From contig CAWCEB010000142.1 in assembly GCA_963794105.1 (NCBI GenBank), positions 75,577 to 139,576 of the forward strand: a stretch of 64,000 nt of DNA, written 5' to 3'. The notes beneath the pieces were generated by a model. The model did no database searches. It was not told the DNA's origin and saw nothing but the letters and a program-made list of their open reading frames with translations. A program made the translations under genes and the position numbers. Of this stretch, positions 63,854 through 64,000 are shown in pieces (within the stretch, counting starts at the first letter, position 1; each line of letters begins with the position of its first letter). Source of the DNA: an uncultured Actinomycetes bacterium (GTDB lineage: Bacteria; Actinomycetota; Thermoleophilia; Solirubrobacterales; Solirubrobacteraceae).

Positions 63854-64000
63854 ATGGCGCTCGAAGACGTGACCAAGAGCTATTCCGGCGGTGTCGAGGC
63901 GCTGCGCGGCGTCTCGCTCAGGGTCGAGGCGGGTGAGCTGCTCGCGGTCGTCGGCCCGTCCGGGTCGGGCAAGTCGACGCTGCTGCACGTCATGGGAACG
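63854..64000 (+). CDS. ABC transporter ATP-binding protein (MacB/LolD-like), 5' part only
   Basis: MALEDVTKSYSGGVEALRGVSLRVEAGELLAVVGPSGSGKSTLLHVMGT (Walker A). It runs off the window. Confidence 0.85.
   Translation, partial: MALEDVTKSYSGGVEALRGVSLRVEAGELLAVVGPSGSGKSTLLHVMGT

Overview
Very GC-rich segment (by eye above 70% G+C) with gene content typical of high-GC Actinobacteria. I recognise about 60 protein-coding genes on both strands. I see no rRNA, tRNA, CRISPR array, transposase, integrase or phage structural gene, so this reads as core chromosome rather than a mobile island.

Gene order, left to right:
- ParA and an FHA protein, a class B PBP, a MarP-type protease, and topoisomerase III.
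- An AddB/AddA-type end-resection nuclease.
- A stress-regulatory block at 14.7-23.7 kb. It holds an ANTAR regulator, two paralogous SigB/F-like sigma factors flanking a MerR-GAF regulator, CsbD, a ferritin-like protein, Ku followed directly by topoisomerase IB, and an RsbW / RsbW-like / STAS partner-switching operon.
- gltBD, then secreted hydrolases (S1, S45 acylase, S8, M28).
- A TetR regulator, an orphan Flp pilin, and an ECF sigma fused to a ZAS anti-sigma domain.
- A sensorless histidine-kinase-like protein, FxsA, a SufT-like protein, WS/DGAT, acyl-CoA dehydrogenases, IspH, and a CoA transferase.
- An uncharacterised five-gene envelope module at 54.5-57.8 kb, next to an SCO1-type protein.
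- An OmpR-type two-component system, a lipoprotein, and the start of a MacAB-like exporter.

Caveat on the sequence as given: roughly half of the conserved genes can only be read by switching reading frame, through single-nucleotide indels that are often compensating pairs. These breaks are clustered, while several multi-kb blocks are intact. I label such genes pseudogene because that is what the sequence shows. Sequencing or assembly error is the more economical explanation. Boundaries of those genes are approximate.

Most interesting items:
- Two families of intergenic palindromic repeats.
- The sigma / partner-switching / Ku-TopIB stress island, with a shared GGAAC-N15-17-GGGTAC promoter-like motif.
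- The degenerate RsbW paralogue.
- The His-less, sensorless kinase-like protein.
- The ECF-ZAS fusion next to an orphan Flp pilin.
- The intact envelope module of unknown function.
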